Part shown: positions 1 to 9,297 of the stretch, one piece after another
Numbering within the stretch: position 1 is the stretch's first letter
How the letters are laid out: each line of letters begins with the position of its first letter
NCBI GenBank assembly: GCA_903928345.1
Contig: CAIYQO010000198.1
Span: 4,325-68,324, forward strand
Source: an uncultured bacterium
Lineage (GTDB): Bacteria; Armatimonadota; Hebobacteria; CAIYQO01
DNA: 64,000 nt
Direction of reading: 5' to 3'
Notes under the pieces: generated by a model
What the model saw: only the letters and a program-made list of their open reading frames with translations
Databases searched by the model: none
Told to the model about the DNA's origin: nothing
Program-made: the position numbers and the translations under genes

Positions 1-1387
1 GCACGCCGGCGGCATCCAGCACCTGGGGTTTCCCGTTCACCAGCGGCGCCACCCGCATCTGCCACGCCGGCACCACGCCCGGGAAGAGGACCGGCGCAAA
101 GGTCGTGGGCAACGGCACGGCGGCATACCCCATGCTATCGAGCAGCGCGCGGGCCAGCAACGATTGGCCGAGGTAGTTCGGATGGATTCCGTCGGCCACC
201 AGGACTTCATCGCCGCCGGAGCGCGCCTGGCACAGCAGCGCGTAATCCTCGGCCACGCCGCATCCGCATTCCCGGGCGACGGTCCGGAGGAGGGGGGTGT
301 ATTGCTGGGCGCGTGCATCCTGCTGGGGGTTGCGAATCATGCACGGCGTCAACAGCACCAGGCGCGCATGGATCGCGGTCGCTTTGGCGGCGATTACGCG
401 CAAGGTCTGCGCGTATTCCGCGGGGGTTACCCCGCGTCCGACATCGTTGGTGCCGGCGTTCACCGTCACGATGCGCGGGTGGTAGACGGCCACGTCGCGG
501 TCGAAGCGTTCCGCCATCTGCGCCAGCGTGTGGCCGCCGGCGCCCGCGCAGATGATAGCCGGCGTCGGTTTGCCGGCTTCCCGCAACGCCTGGATCATGA
601 TTTGCCCGAAGGTAAACCCATCGGTAATGGAATCACCCAGGCAGACGAGCACATCGCGCTTGCTCAGCGGCACCACGCTGGGCGGGAGGGCGTCACCCGT
701 GCGGCCCAGCACGTGGTCGGCCACTGTTTGGGCCATCACCGCGGCCGCGCTCGGTTGCGGGTGCACCTTGTCGTCCATAAACAAGTCCACGCGGCCGGCC
801 AGGGGCGCATACAGGTCAATCAGCCCGCTGCCGGTCTCCCGCGCGACTTTTCGGATGGCGGGATTGACCTCCTGGGTCATAATCCGTTGCTGCACCTCGA
901 TATGGTCGCAGAAAAAGGGCGTCGGCACGCACAGCCAGATGCGCGGATGCGACGGCAACCCGGCGAACTGCGCGACCATCGCGCGCAGGTCGCCGGCGAA
1001 ATCACCACCGAGCGTGTGCCAGATCGCCGGCCAGGAGTCATTGGAGCCCAGGCACAGCACCACCACGTCCGGTTGCCAGGCCTGGGCGTCCGCGAAGACC
1101 TGCTCCTTCCAGAGCGCCAGCTCCGCCTTCTTCAACGCCGTGCGGCCCGGCACGGCGAAGGCGCGCACGGTATAGCCCGGTTCCAGGAGGCGCGCCAGTT
1201 GCGCCGGATACGCGTCCTGCGCGGGCTTCTCCATCTTAAAGCCGGAGGTAAGGCTGTCACCCACACACGCCAGGCGCAGTGGTCGGCCGGCCGCCGGTGC
1301 CGTGGGGATCGCTACCACCGCCTGCGCCGCGGTACCCAGCAGTCCGCACAGCGTGCCCCATACCATCAGGTGCCCCCATACATGCAT
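1..1387 (-). CDS. Secreted tandem SGNH/GDSL-family hydrolase (two esterase-like domains); C-terminal part lies beyond the window start
   Basis: Not in the ORF track because it has no stop inside the window. My own translation of the minus strand from ATG 1387..1385 gives MHVWGHLMVWGTLCGLLGTAAQAVVAIP (signal-like), then LACVGDSLTSG ... LGSNDSW ... DDKVHP. A second unit follows: VCLGDSITDG ... NAGTNDVG ... ADGIHPN. These are SGNH blocks I/III/V, present twice. The frame stays open to base 1. Confidence 0.75.
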   Translation of the reverse strand, partial: MHVWGHLMVWGTLCGLLGTAAQAVVAIPTAPAAGRPLRLACVGDSLTSGFKMEKPAQDAYPAQLARLLEPGYTVRAFAVPGRTALKKAELALWKEQVFADAQAWQPDVVVLCLGSNDSWPAIWHTLGGDFAGDLRAMVAQFAGLPSHPRIWLCVPTPFFCDHIEVQQRIMTQEVNPAIRKVARETGSGLIDLYAPLAGRVDLFMDDKVHPQPSAAAVMAQTVADHVLGRTGDALPPSVVPLSKRDVLVCLGDSITDGFTFGQIMIQALREAGKPTPAIICAGAGGHTLAQMAERFDRDVAVYHPRIVTVNAGTNDVGRGVTPAEYAQTLRVIAAKATAIHARLVLLTPCMIRNPQQDARAQQYTPLLRTVARECGCGVAEDYALLCQARSGGDEVLVADGIHPNYLGQSLLARALLDSMGYAAVPLPTTFAPVLFPGVVPAWQMRVAPLVNGKPQVLDAAGV

Positions 1388-1438
1388 AATGCTCGCCCTT
1401 TCCCACGTTGTCTCGCAGGTCGATAGCCTGCCACTACA

Positions 1439-1529
1439 GCCGCGGTCATTGAAAGTCATATAACTGAATCATGGTCGCGACAGACTCCACGGGAGAATGA
1501 TGGTCAATGACCGCGGCCCAGTATGACTT
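1439..1529. repeat. Interleaved inverted repeats X-Y ... X'-Y' in a divergent promoter region
   Basis: GCCGCGGTCATTGA (1439-1452) and AAGTCATA (1453-1460) recur as reverse complements TCAATGACCGCGGC (1504-1517) and TATGACTT (1522-1529). The order is X Y X' Y', so this is not a simple nested hairpin. Confidence 0.7.
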
Positions 1530-1710
1530 TTCGATGTCCACCTCTGTAGTTCATTTCTGCACGGCCCACGCTTTTCCCCCCTCGGCAACGGTAGCGACAC
1601 GCGCCGGCCCGCTACGGGGCATGGCTGCAGACCTGCCACGCCCTGCCCCGAGGCGAAAGGCGCGGGAGGAAGGCCGCGCCGGGAGGCGCGGAAAGGCGAG
1701 CCGCACCGTA

Positions 1711-1737
1711 TTGCCAACCCGTTTTTTATGGTATAAT
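1711..1737 (+). promoter_or_regulatory. Sigma70-like promoter candidate for the 1860 mini-ORF unit
   Basis: TTGCCA (1711-1716), 15 nt spacer, TATAAT (1732-1737) preceded by TG. The spacer is shorter than the 17-nt optimum. Confidence 0.4.
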
Positions 1738-1859
1738 ACCTTCCGGCAGTGCCGGACACGGGTAACTTGCCGGGCGTCAATTCCCGGTACCCCGCGACGC
1801 ACCGGCTGACGATGTCCACCGCACCGTCCTGCTAATCTTTGCCGCAAAGGAAGTGTACC

Positions 1860-1952
1860 ATGGGGGATAAATCACCGAAGAAGGACACCAAGAAACCGAA
1901 AAAGGTGAAAGTCTCGAAGGCGCCCAACAGCGGCACCTCGAAATCCGCTTAG
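1860..1952 (+). CDS. 30-aa lysine-rich small protein (hypothetical)
   Basis: ATG 1860 with AAGGAAG about 7 nt upstream. It encodes MGDKSPKKDTKKPKKVKVSKAPNSGTSKSA with stop TAG 1950-1952. Too short for the ORF track. No family recognised. Confidence 0.35.
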   Translation: MGDKSPKKDTKKPKKVKVSKAPNSGTSKSA

Positions 1953-2108
1953 TCCGCTTATTCGCGCAGCGAATACAGCGCCAGCCGTCAGGTCCGCTTA
2001 TTCGCGCAGCGAATACAGCGCCAGCCGTCAGGTCCGCTTATTCGCGTAGCGAATATAGCGCCAGCCGCCAGGTCCGCTTATTCGCGTAGCGAATACAGCG
2101 CCAGCCAC
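1953..2108 (+). repeat. Four head-to-tail copies of a 40-bp hairpin-containing unit
   Basis: The unit TCCGCTTATTCGCG(C/T)AGCGAATA(C/T)AGCGCCAGCCG(T/C)CAGG starts at 1953, 1993, 2033 and 2073 (last copy truncated). Each unit contains TATTCGC-nnn-GCGAATA. A partial TCCGCTTA also ends the mini-ORF. Confidence 0.9.
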
Positions 2109-2114
2109 ATTTAC

Positions 2115-2153
2115 GCGGGAGTTTTGCGTGCAAAACCCCCGCGTTTGTGTTTG
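2115..2153 (+). terminator. Intrinsic-terminator-like hairpin
   Basis: GCGGGAGTTTTG-cgtg-CAAAACCCCCGC (12-bp stem, one mismatch) followed by GTTTGTGTTTGG. Confidence 0.55.
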
Positions 2154-2534
2154 GTGCGTTTCCGCCCCGCGGGACGCCTTGTGTTGCCCTCCTTGCGGGA
2201 GGTCACGGCGCGGTCCGGCGGGCGCTCGCTTGCGTCGATCCGGTAAATCGGGTACACTTAGCGGGTAGGAACACCGCGTCGTCTTCCTCGTACCTCTTCT
2301 CCTTCCGTTTGGGGTCTGGCTGTGTGTCCGTCGTCAGGGCACCTGCGGTAGCCGTCCAAATCGCGCGGGACGGCAAGATGACACTGCAGGGATCCGCTGC
2401 ACGGACGAACCGTCGTGCCGTCGGCTCCGCGTGATTTCCCGACCCGTCCGGCAGTCCGTTGACCCTGCCCGACGTGCCGACCATCCGGGAAATCGGTGCC
2501 CATACTTCTTCACGCATGGTTGGCTGAGGTAGCG

Positions 2535-4277
2535 ATGACACAATTTACGGAGTATTTCCTGGACGACCGCCTGCAGCGCGCGCTGGTGACGGCGGGCTTC
2601 GAAACGGCCACGCCCATTCAGGACGCGGCGCTGCCGGTGGCGATGAGCGGGCGCGATATGGTGGGCACGGCGCAGACCGGCACCGGCAAAACCGCCGCCT
2701 TCGTGCTGCCCATCCTGCAACGGCTGATCTCCCTGCCGCGGGAAATCCGCCGGACACGCGCGCTGATCCTGGCCCCCACCCGCGAGCTGGTGGAGCAGAT
2801 TCTCGCCGTCGTACGCGAGTTGGGCGTCCACACCAACATCCGCGCCGCCGCCGTCTACGGCGGGGTCGCCATGATGCCGCAGACCCGCGTGTTGCGCAGC
2901 GGCGTGGAGGTCGTGGTGGCCTGCCCCGGACGCTTGCTCGACCACCTCAAACGCCGCAACGCCGATCTGCGCCTGCTGGAATTCCTGGTGCTGGACGAAG
3001 CGGATCGCATGCTCGACATGGGCTTCCTGCCGCCCATTCAGGAGATCCTCGGGCAACTGCCGGCGGAACGGCAAACCCTGCTCTTCTCCGCCACCTTCGA
3101 GAAATCGCTGAACGCCTTCGTCGAAGAGACGCTGCGTGAGCCCGTCCGCGTGGAAGTGGATACCGCGGTGCCCGCGCAAACGGTGAGCCACACGCTGTAC
3201 CAGGTGAAAAGCAGCATGAAGCCCATCCTGCTCCTCAACCTGTTGAAGTCCCTGCAGCCGGAATCGGATTCGGTACTCGTCTTCACGCGCACCCGCATCA
3301 CCGCCAACCTGGTGGTCGACCATTTACACGCGGCCGGCATGTCGGCCGACGTGCTGCATTCGGAAAAATCGCAACGCGAACGCCAGGATACGCTGGATCG
3401 CTTCCGCGACGGCGTGTATCCCTACCTGGTAGCGACGGATATCGCCGCGCGGGGCATCGACGTGCCCAGCATCTCCCACGTCATCAACTACGATCTCCCG
3501 ACGAATGCCAAAGATTATCTGCACCGCATCGGCCGCACCGGGCGCTACGAACGCCCCGGCCACGCCATCTCGCTGATGACCTCCGGCGACGTGCGGGTGA
3601 TCCGCGAAATCGAGCGCATGCTCGAGGAGAAGATCGAAATCGCCCGCGTCGAGGAAAGCGTCCGGCTGGAGATGCACGTCGCCGAGGGGGCGCGCAAGCA
3701 CGCGGCGTCCCTCGGCACCAACGCCGCCGTGCCCGGACATCGCCCGCATGAAGGGCGCCACCGCGACGCGGCGCCCGCGCAGGACCCACGCTTCCCGATG
3801 ACCCGCAAAGCACGCCGCCTGAAGCAATTCGGCCCGGCGTCGGGCGCACCGCCCCCCCCCGAGGGCGCAGAGCGCCGCCGCCACGATGACGCCGCCTCCG
3901 CCCCGCCGCGCCGGGAAGGCCAGGGACGCTCGGAACGTCCGGATCGCTCGGAACGACCGGATCGCCCGGGACGCGCAGAACGTCCGGATCGCCCGGTACG
4001 CTCAGAACGACCAGATCGTCCGCATCGCTCAGAACGACCAGATCGTCCAGAACGCTCAGGACGTTCGGATCGCCCGGATCGCTCAGAACGCCCGGGCGGG
4101 AAACCGTTCGCCGGTATGGCCTCCGTGGCGAAGGCTTATCACAAAAAAGCCCACACCAAGCGCCAACCAGGCGAAATCCCCTCCACCCCGCGCCCGCAAG
4201 GCCGCGCCGAACACGCGCGCCGCGCCGACGCGCCGCCGGCGGGACGCCCCAAGCGCACGACGGGGCGCAAGCGGTAA
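2535..4277 (+). CDS. DEAD-box ATP-dependent RNA helicase with Arg/Glu/Pro-repeat C-terminal tail
   Basis: Track ORF 2496..4277. I moved the start to ATG 2535 (GAGG upstream). Motifs AQTGTGKT, DEAD, SAT and HRIGRTGR are present. Confidence 0.95.
   Translation: MTQFTEYFLDDRLQRALVTAGFETATPIQDAALPVAMSGRDMVGTAQTGTGKTAAFVLPILQRLISLPREIRRTRALILAPTRELVEQILAVVRELGVHTNIRAAAVYGGVAMMPQTRVLRSGVEVVVACPGRLLDHLKRRNADLRLLEFLVLDEADRMLDMGFLPPIQEILGQLPAERQTLLFSATFEKSLNAFVEETLREPVRVEVDTAVPAQTVSHTLYQVKSSMKPILLLNLLKSLQPESDSVLVFTRTRITANLVVDHLHAAGMSADVLHSEKSQRERQDTLDRFRDGVYPYLVATDIAARGIDVPSISHVINYDLPTNAKDYLHRIGRTGRYERPGHAISLMTSGDVRVIREIERMLEEKIEIARVEESVRLEMHVAEGARKHAASLGTNAAVPGHRPHEGRHRDAAPAQDPRFPMTRKARRLKQFGPASGAPPPPEGAERRRHDDAASAPPRREGQGRSERPDRSERPDRPGRAERPDRPVRSERPDRPHRSERPDRPERSGRSDRPDRSERPGGKPFAGMASVAKAYHKKAHTKRQPGEIPSTPRPQGRAEHARRADAPPAGRPKRTTGRKR
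3927..4095 (+). repeat. In-frame ~18-nt periodic coding repeat (RSERPD-like units)
   Basis: CGCTC(G/A)GAACG(T/A)CC(G/A)GAT-type units encode RSERPDRSERPDRPGRAERPDRPVRSERPDRPHRSERPDRPERSGRSDRPDRSERP. Confidence 0.8.
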
Positions 4278-4346
4278 CAGCCTCGAAAAAGTCGAAACCC
4301 AGACTTAGCGATCGGTACCACGCATGTCGCGCCGCCGCGAGCGCGC

Positions 4347-5300
4347 TCACAACCAGGGAGCGCGCTCGGGCGGCGTTTCGGTGAGGAACGCCAGGCCATC
4401 CCGCAATACGCCTGTTTTCGTGAAGAAGGGGTGGTAACCCTGGCCGTGGAGGCCGTTGGCGTCGATGCGGTCGCGGCGGGTGGAGATGGCCTCACCTTCG
4501 CGCAGCGCCCACCCCATCCAGCCGAAGCCGGCGGCCGCGAGGCGGTCGGTGTAGAGGCGGGCGATCTCCGCGCGGGCCAGGTCGTCCCAGGCGCCGGGAA
4601 TCGTTTCGTTCACCAGGAAGGGTTTGCCATAGCGCGCGGCCTTGGCGTGGAAGTCGGCGATGAAGGCATCCAGGCCCGCGGCGTCGTGCGCGTAGGGATG
4701 GCCGCAGAGGACATCGCACAGCGGCGCGAAGACATCGATGTTGCTGCCGGACATGGTGCCGATAGTAATCGGCTGGCGCGCCCCGCAAGCGCGTACGCCG
4801 TCGGCGACCGCCTGCAGCCAGGCGTATTCGCGTTGGTTCACCTCGGATTCCAGGTCGAAGGCCTGCGGCTCGTTGCACAGGTCCCACACCAGCACCCGGT
4901 CGTCCTGCGCCAGCGGCTCCACCAGTGCGCGCACATACGCCAGCATCGGCGCCCAATTCCGGTATAAATGCTCGGTGTAGGTGCCGCCGTAATCCCACGC
5001 GTGATCGTGCCAGCGGTTGAAGAGGCACGGCATCGTCTTCATGCCGGCTTCGTCGATGGCCGCCACCGCATCGAGGAAGTGGGCGGTGACGCGTTCAGGG
5101 GCAGCCATCCACGCGGAGAACTCGATCCACAGGCGGATGCAGTTAGCATGCACCTGCCGCGCCAATGCCACCTCGGCGCGCATCCGGTCGGGATGGTACT
5201 CCCACCACGCCTGCTCGATGCGCGCCCCCCAGGACGGCACCACTGAAAAGCCGCGCAACCAGCCGTAGGACGAGTGTGCAGTACGCTGCTCCCCTGCCAT
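4347..5300 (-). CDS. TIM-barrel glycoside hydrolase, GH5-like
   Basis: Track ORF 4347..5339. I moved the start to ATG 5300 (GGGGGAGG upstream). It has a LVWDLCNEPQ acid/base-type NEP motif and W/Y-rich barrel strands. The family assignment is by eye only. Confidence 0.6.
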   Translation of the reverse strand: MAGEQRTAHSSYGWLRGFSVVPSWGARIEQAWWEYHPDRMRAEVALARQVHANCIRLWIEFSAWMAAPERVTAHFLDAVAAIDEAGMKTMPCLFNRWHDHAWDYGGTYTEHLYRNWAPMLAYVRALVEPLAQDDRVLVWDLCNEPQAFDLESEVNQREYAWLQAVADGVRACGARQPITIGTMSGSNIDVFAPLCDVLCGHPYAHDAAGLDAFIADFHAKAARYGKPFLVNETIPGAWDDLARAEIARLYTDRLAAAGFGWMGWALREGEAISTRRDRIDANGLHGQGYHPFFTKTGVLRDGLAFLTETPPERAPWL

Positions 5301-5402
5301 CGCTGCCTCCCCCGCACCAGCCGTAATATTGACCAGCAATTCGCCGCCGAGGCTGTCACCCCCTGCCGGCGCTTATCCCGGTATAAACATACAACAGGCT
5401 AG

Positions 5403-5431
5403 TTGCTCGTCTCGCGCTTGATGGTTATAAT
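5403..5431 (+). promoter_or_regulatory. Sigma70-like promoter candidate for the pilin-leader::RCC1 gene
   Basis: TTGCTC (5403-5408), 17 nt spacer, TATAAT (5426-5431). Confidence 0.45.
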
Positions 5432-5491
5432 AAGCGCAGGCACGCCACATTAATGACGTCGCCTGGACTGCTACAACCAGGAAGGTGCCAG

Positions 5492-7006
5492 ATGCGTTCC
5501 CTCCACCCGCGCCGAGGTTTCACCCTCATCGAGTTGCTCGTCGTCATCGCGATCATAGCGGTGCTGGCGGCGATCCTCTTCCCCGTCTTTGCCAGTGCGC
5601 GCGAAAAAGCGCGGCAAAGCGCCTGTACCAACAACCAGCGCCAGCTAGCCACGGCGATCCTGCTCTGGGCGCAAGACCATGACGAGCAACTGCCCGCCGC
5701 GTCGACCGCGTGGAGCACCATCGATATCGACCGCGGCGTGCTCCTCTGCCCCACCGCCGGCAAAAGCGTGTCGCCGGCCTACACCTTCAACGCCCAGGCC
5801 TCGGGTAAAGCGCTGGGGGAGATTCAGGATGCCGCGGGGATGCTGCTGACGGCGGACGGCACCAGTGGCGGTTACACCCTGCGGCACAACGGCAAACTCC
5901 TCGCCTCCTTCGTCGACGGCCATGTCGAGATGACGATTATCGGCGGCAAGCTCTACGCGTGTGGCGGCAACTGGCTAGGACAGCTCGGTATCGGGTCGAC
6001 CACCGACAGTAAAACCGCCGTCCAGGTCGGTGCGCTTGGCACGACGGTGCTGGGGACCGATACCGGGGCCGACGCTCTCCACGGCCTGGCGGTGACTCTC
6101 GACGGCAGCGTGGATGCGTGGGGTGACAACTCCAGCGGCCAGTACGGCGACGGCACCACCACGAGCCGCACCACCCCCGCCAAGGTGGGCAACTTCGCCA
6201 GCGCCGTGGCGGTGAGCGCCGGCGGCTACCACAGTATGGTGCTGCTCTCCGACGGCACGGTGTGCACCTGCGGGTTGAACACTTCCGGCCAACTCGGTGA
6301 TGGCACGAATACGCAGCACCTCACCCCGATCACCGTCCCCGGTGTATCGGGCATCGTCGCCATCAGCGGCGGCGGCGTGCACAGCATGGCCCTCAGCGCC
6401 GGGGGCACGGTCTACACCTGGGGCAACAACGGGTTCGGGCAACTCGGCGACGGCACCACAACCTTCCGCTCCTCGCCGGTCACCATGTCGGGCCTCGGCG
6501 GAGTCGTCGGCATCGCGGGCGGTGATGCGCACAGCGTGATGGTCAAGTCCGACGGCTCCGTGTGGACCTGCGGCGCCAATGGCAACGGACAAATCGGCGA
6601 CGGCACCACCACCAGCCGCTACACCCCCACCCAGGTCTCCGGCATCACCGGGGTGAAGATGGCCGCGGCGGGGAATTCGCATACCGTGGTGTTGAAGTCC
6701 GATGGCACGGTGTGGGCGTGGGGGTACAATGGCTTTGGGCAAGTCGGTGACGGCACCACCACCAATCGCACCACGCCGGTGCAGGTCAGCGGGCTCTCCA
6801 ACGTCGTCTTCATCGCCGCGGCGAGCTACACCTCCGTTGCCGTGAAGAGCGACGGCACGGTGTGGACGTGGGGCTTCAACGTGTCAGGCCAACTCGGCGA
6901 CGGGACCACCACCAACCGCTCTACCCCCGTGCAGATGAGCGGCATCACGAAGGCAAAGGCCGCCGGTGTCGGCAGCAACCACGTTTTCGTGCTCTGCAAC
7001 CTGTAG
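5492..7006 (+). CDS. Prepilin-type N-terminal leader / H-X9-DG protein fused to an RCC1-repeat beta-propeller
   Basis: Track ORF 5453..7006. I moved the start to ATG 5492 (AGGAAGG upstream). [25 protein letters not shown] is a pilin cleavage/methylation motif. [17 protein letters not shown] is an H-X9-DG motif. About 7 blades follow with GQLGDGTT and G..HS..L signatures. Confidence 0.85.
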   Translation: MRSLHPRRGFTLIELLVVIAIIAVLAAILFPVFASAREKARQSACTNNQRQLATAILLWAQDHDEQLPAASTAWSTIDIDRGVLLCPTAGKSVSPAYTFNAQASGKALGEIQDAAGMLLTADGTSGGYTLRHNGKLLASFVDGHVEMTIIGGKLYACGGNWLGQLGIGSTTDSKTAVQVGALGTTVLGTDTGADALHGLAVTLDGSVDAWGDNSSGQYGDGTTTSRTTPAKVGNFASAVAVSAGGYHSMVLLSDGTVCTCGLNTSGQLGDGTNTQHLTPITVPGVSGIVAISGGGVHSMALSAGGTVYTWGNNGFGQLGDGTTTFRSSPVTMSGLGGVVGIAGGDAHSVMVKSDGSVWTCGANGNGQIGDGTTTSRYTPTQVSGITGVKMAAAGNSHTVVLKSDGTVWAWGYNGFGQVGDGTTTNRTTPVQVSGLSNVVFIAAASYTSVAVKSDGTVWTWGFNVSGQLGDGTTTNRSTPVQMSGITKAKAAGVGSNHVFVLCNL

Positions 7007-7106
7007 GCACGGAACAACGGCTCGCCGGGCTCCCTGCCGGCGAGCCCTTCCCGCGGCTATTCACGCGATGGCCCGGTTCCTGTACAATGGGCGTCGAGGT
7101 GACGCG

Positions 7107-9176
7107 ATGCTTACACGGACGGGGACGATATTGACGGTCGGTGACGTGGCGCTGGCGCCGGTGATAGCCGACGGCTACCTGACCAGCCTGGGCGCGGTGT
7201 CGGTGGGCGGCACGGCGCTGCGCAACCCGGCGACGCGCTTTCTGCCGTGGTTCGACACCTACGAAGGCGACATCTTCCGCCGCTTCCGTGTGGAGGACAT
7301 CGCCGCCGTGGGCGCGGGCACCGCGCTCTCCTTGCGCGCCTTCAGCGACCCGGACACCCTCTTCCGCGAACGCCGCGACTCCTCGGGCGACCCGTGCTTC
7401 CGCAACGCGAACTGGGACGACGCCCCGCTGGAAGCCGCGTTGACCGTGCACCTGGAACCGGCGGAAGCCACCCTCGACGGCCGGCACTTTTCGGGCATGA
7501 AGTACTGGTTCGAATACGCCGCCGCCGACGTGCCCATCCACCGCCTGGTGGACCGGCAGACGTGGGAAGTGGGCGGCAACCTGGACGACGTGACGGTCTG
7601 CCTGCGCAACTGGCTCACCCCGCCGCGCATGCGCATCGCCCGCGACACCGTCTATTCCACCGTCGGGCTGGAGCAGTGGGCGGCGCTGTTGCCGGGCAAC
7701 CTGTGGGCACGCTGGACGCTGCTGCCCGCCTTCGACATGCAGTATGGCGGCGCCGGGGTGCTGCTGGGCTGGTTCGACCAGGTGTCGCTCATCCGCACGG
7801 TGATCGAAAGCAACGCCGGTGAAGACAGCCTGCGCTGCCTCGACCTGCACCTCTTCGCGCAGGACACCACCGTGCGCACGAACCCCAAGACGATCCTCTG
7901 GGCCCCCGACGTGCTCGACGACACCGACGCGCTGAACCTGTGGACGCGCGTGCAGGATCAGGAGGCGGACAAGGCGCGGGGGCAGTTCGGCATCGCCGAG
8001 GAGGAGCCGCCCGCGCTCACCTTCAGCGAGAACGTCTGGCGCGGCTTCCGTTTCGACACCACCTATGAGCACGTGGTGGACGTGGCGAGCGAATTCGGCG
8101 CCGACTATGTCTTCATCGATCCGGTGTGGGAGCACAACCAGGCGCTGCACGAGACGCTGGAGGCGATCCTGCCCGAAGAACGCAAAACCGAACCGATTCT
8201 GCAAAAGTTCGGGCTCATCCCCAACATGTGCATCTCGCTGGACTTCGAGGTGGCGGCGATTCTCGGCGACGAGGCGGGGTTAAAAGCCCTGTGCGACCGT
8301 GCACGGGCGAAGGGGCTGAAGATCATCTCCTGGATGGCCGCGCACATGTCGCCGCAGAGCGCCATCCGCGACCGCAAGGAGCTGGGCCACGGCAGCAACG
8401 GCATCTTCGCCGCCAAGGAGTCGGGCCGCCACCCGGATACCGGTTACACGGCGGAGTGCTGGACGCTCAACCTGAACGCGCCCATCTACGACCGCGTGCG
8501 CGAGCAGGTGCTGGGCGTCTGCCAACGCACCGGGCTGGCCGGCTACCTGTGGGACTCCTTCAGCAACATGGGCTGGTGGCAGGTCGACTACTCCGACGGC
8601 AGTATGCGGCCCCAATTCGACAAAATGGCGGCGCTCTACGCCGACCTGGCCAACGCCGGGCTCTACGTGCAGCCGGAGTCCATCACCACCTTCTCCAACC
8701 ATTCCTGCTGCGGCCTGCACGGCGGCAACATCTATGCCGGCGACCTGCTCGGGTACTCCTACAACACGAACATCGGCTTCTGGTTCGGCGAGGGCGACGA
8801 CCACGGCGCGGGGGCGCAGGAGTGCCGCATCCTCACCGGCGAGGCCCCCTTCGAAATGCTCTTCCAGGCCTTCGCCCACAAACGCGTGCCCGGCCTGCAC
8901 TTCCACACCGTGGCGCGCGAGGAGTGGGACGCCGCACGCACCGCGCAAATCAAGGAGCTATTCGCCCTCTACCGGCAATACCGCGGACAGATGCGCACGC
9001 GCACGGTGCTGAAAGACAACGCCGGCGTGCTCTGGACGAACGCCACGGCGGAAGGCGTGCTCTTCAGCTTCCGCGATGGAGCACCGCCCGTCGCGGGCAC
9101 GCTACACGACGCCGCCACCGGGGAAGCCGTCAGCGCGGTGCAGGCGAACCGGGTATACCGGGTGACGACGGGATAA
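7107..9176 (+). CDS. Hypothetical protein, glycosidase-like TIM barrel suspected
   Basis: Track ORF 6966..9176. I moved the start to ATG 7107 (GAGGTGA upstream). Barrel-like strands: DYVFIDPVWEHN, GLKIISWMAAHMSP, GYLWDSFSNMGWW. No family recognised with certainty. Confidence 0.55.
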   Translation: MLTRTGTILTVGDVALAPVIADGYLTSLGAVSVGGTALRNPATRFLPWFDTYEGDIFRRFRVEDIAAVGAGTALSLRAFSDPDTLFRERRDSSGDPCFRNANWDDAPLEAALTVHLEPAEATLDGRHFSGMKYWFEYAAADVPIHRLVDRQTWEVGGNLDDVTVCLRNWLTPPRMRIARDTVYSTVGLEQWAALLPGNLWARWTLLPAFDMQYGGAGVLLGWFDQVSLIRTVIESNAGEDSLRCLDLHLFAQDTTVRTNPKTILWAPDVLDDTDALNLWTRVQDQEADKARGQFGIAEEEPPALTFSENVWRGFRFDTTYEHVVDVASEFGADYVFIDPVWEHNQALHETLEAILPEERKTEPILQKFGLIPNMCISLDFEVAAILGDEAGLKALCDRARAKGLKIISWMAAHMSPQSAIRDRKELGHGSNGIFAAKESGRHPDTGYTAECWTLNLNAPIYDRVREQVLGVCQRTGLAGYLWDSFSNMGWWQVDYSDGSMRPQFDKMAALYADLANAGLYVQPESITTFSNHSCCGLHGGNIYAGDLLGYSYNTNIGFWFGEGDDHGAGAQECRILTGEAPFEMLFQAFAHKRVPGLHFHTVAREEWDAARTAQIKELFALYRQYRGQMRTRTVLKDNAGVLWTNATAEGVLFSFRDGAPPVAGTLHDAATGEAVSAVQANRVYRVTTG

Positions 9177-9192
9177 CCGGCGATACTTCTAC

Positions 9193-9255
9193 GAACCGTT
9201 CGCCTGCTTTCCCACCCGACGATTTATCGTCGGGTCGGATAACCGGCAAGCGTTC
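9193..9255. repeat. P-family palindromic element, copy 1
   Basis: GAACCGTTCGCCTGCTTTCCCACCCGACGATTTATCGTCGGGTCGGATAACCGGCAAGCGTTC. It is near-palindromic with core ACCCGACGA-TTTA-TCGTCGGGT. Relatives are at 14111, 42271 (half copy) and 61321. Confidence 0.8.
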
Positions 9256-9297
9256 TCGGTATTTTGACGCCTCTGCTCGCGATTTTGCTACCAGGTT

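Noticed and set aside
1953-2108. Possible CRISPR array (regular 40-bp repeats with internal palindrome)
   Set aside because: The repeats abut each other directly with no unique spacers. There are only about four copies and no cas genes in the window. This is a tandem repeat, not a CRISPR array.
5492-7006. RCC1-repeat gene as eukaryotic contamination
   Set aside because: It carries a bacterial prepilin leader and an H-X9-DG segment in the same frame. It has a bacterial promoter and RBS, and its GC content and neighbours match the rest of the contig.
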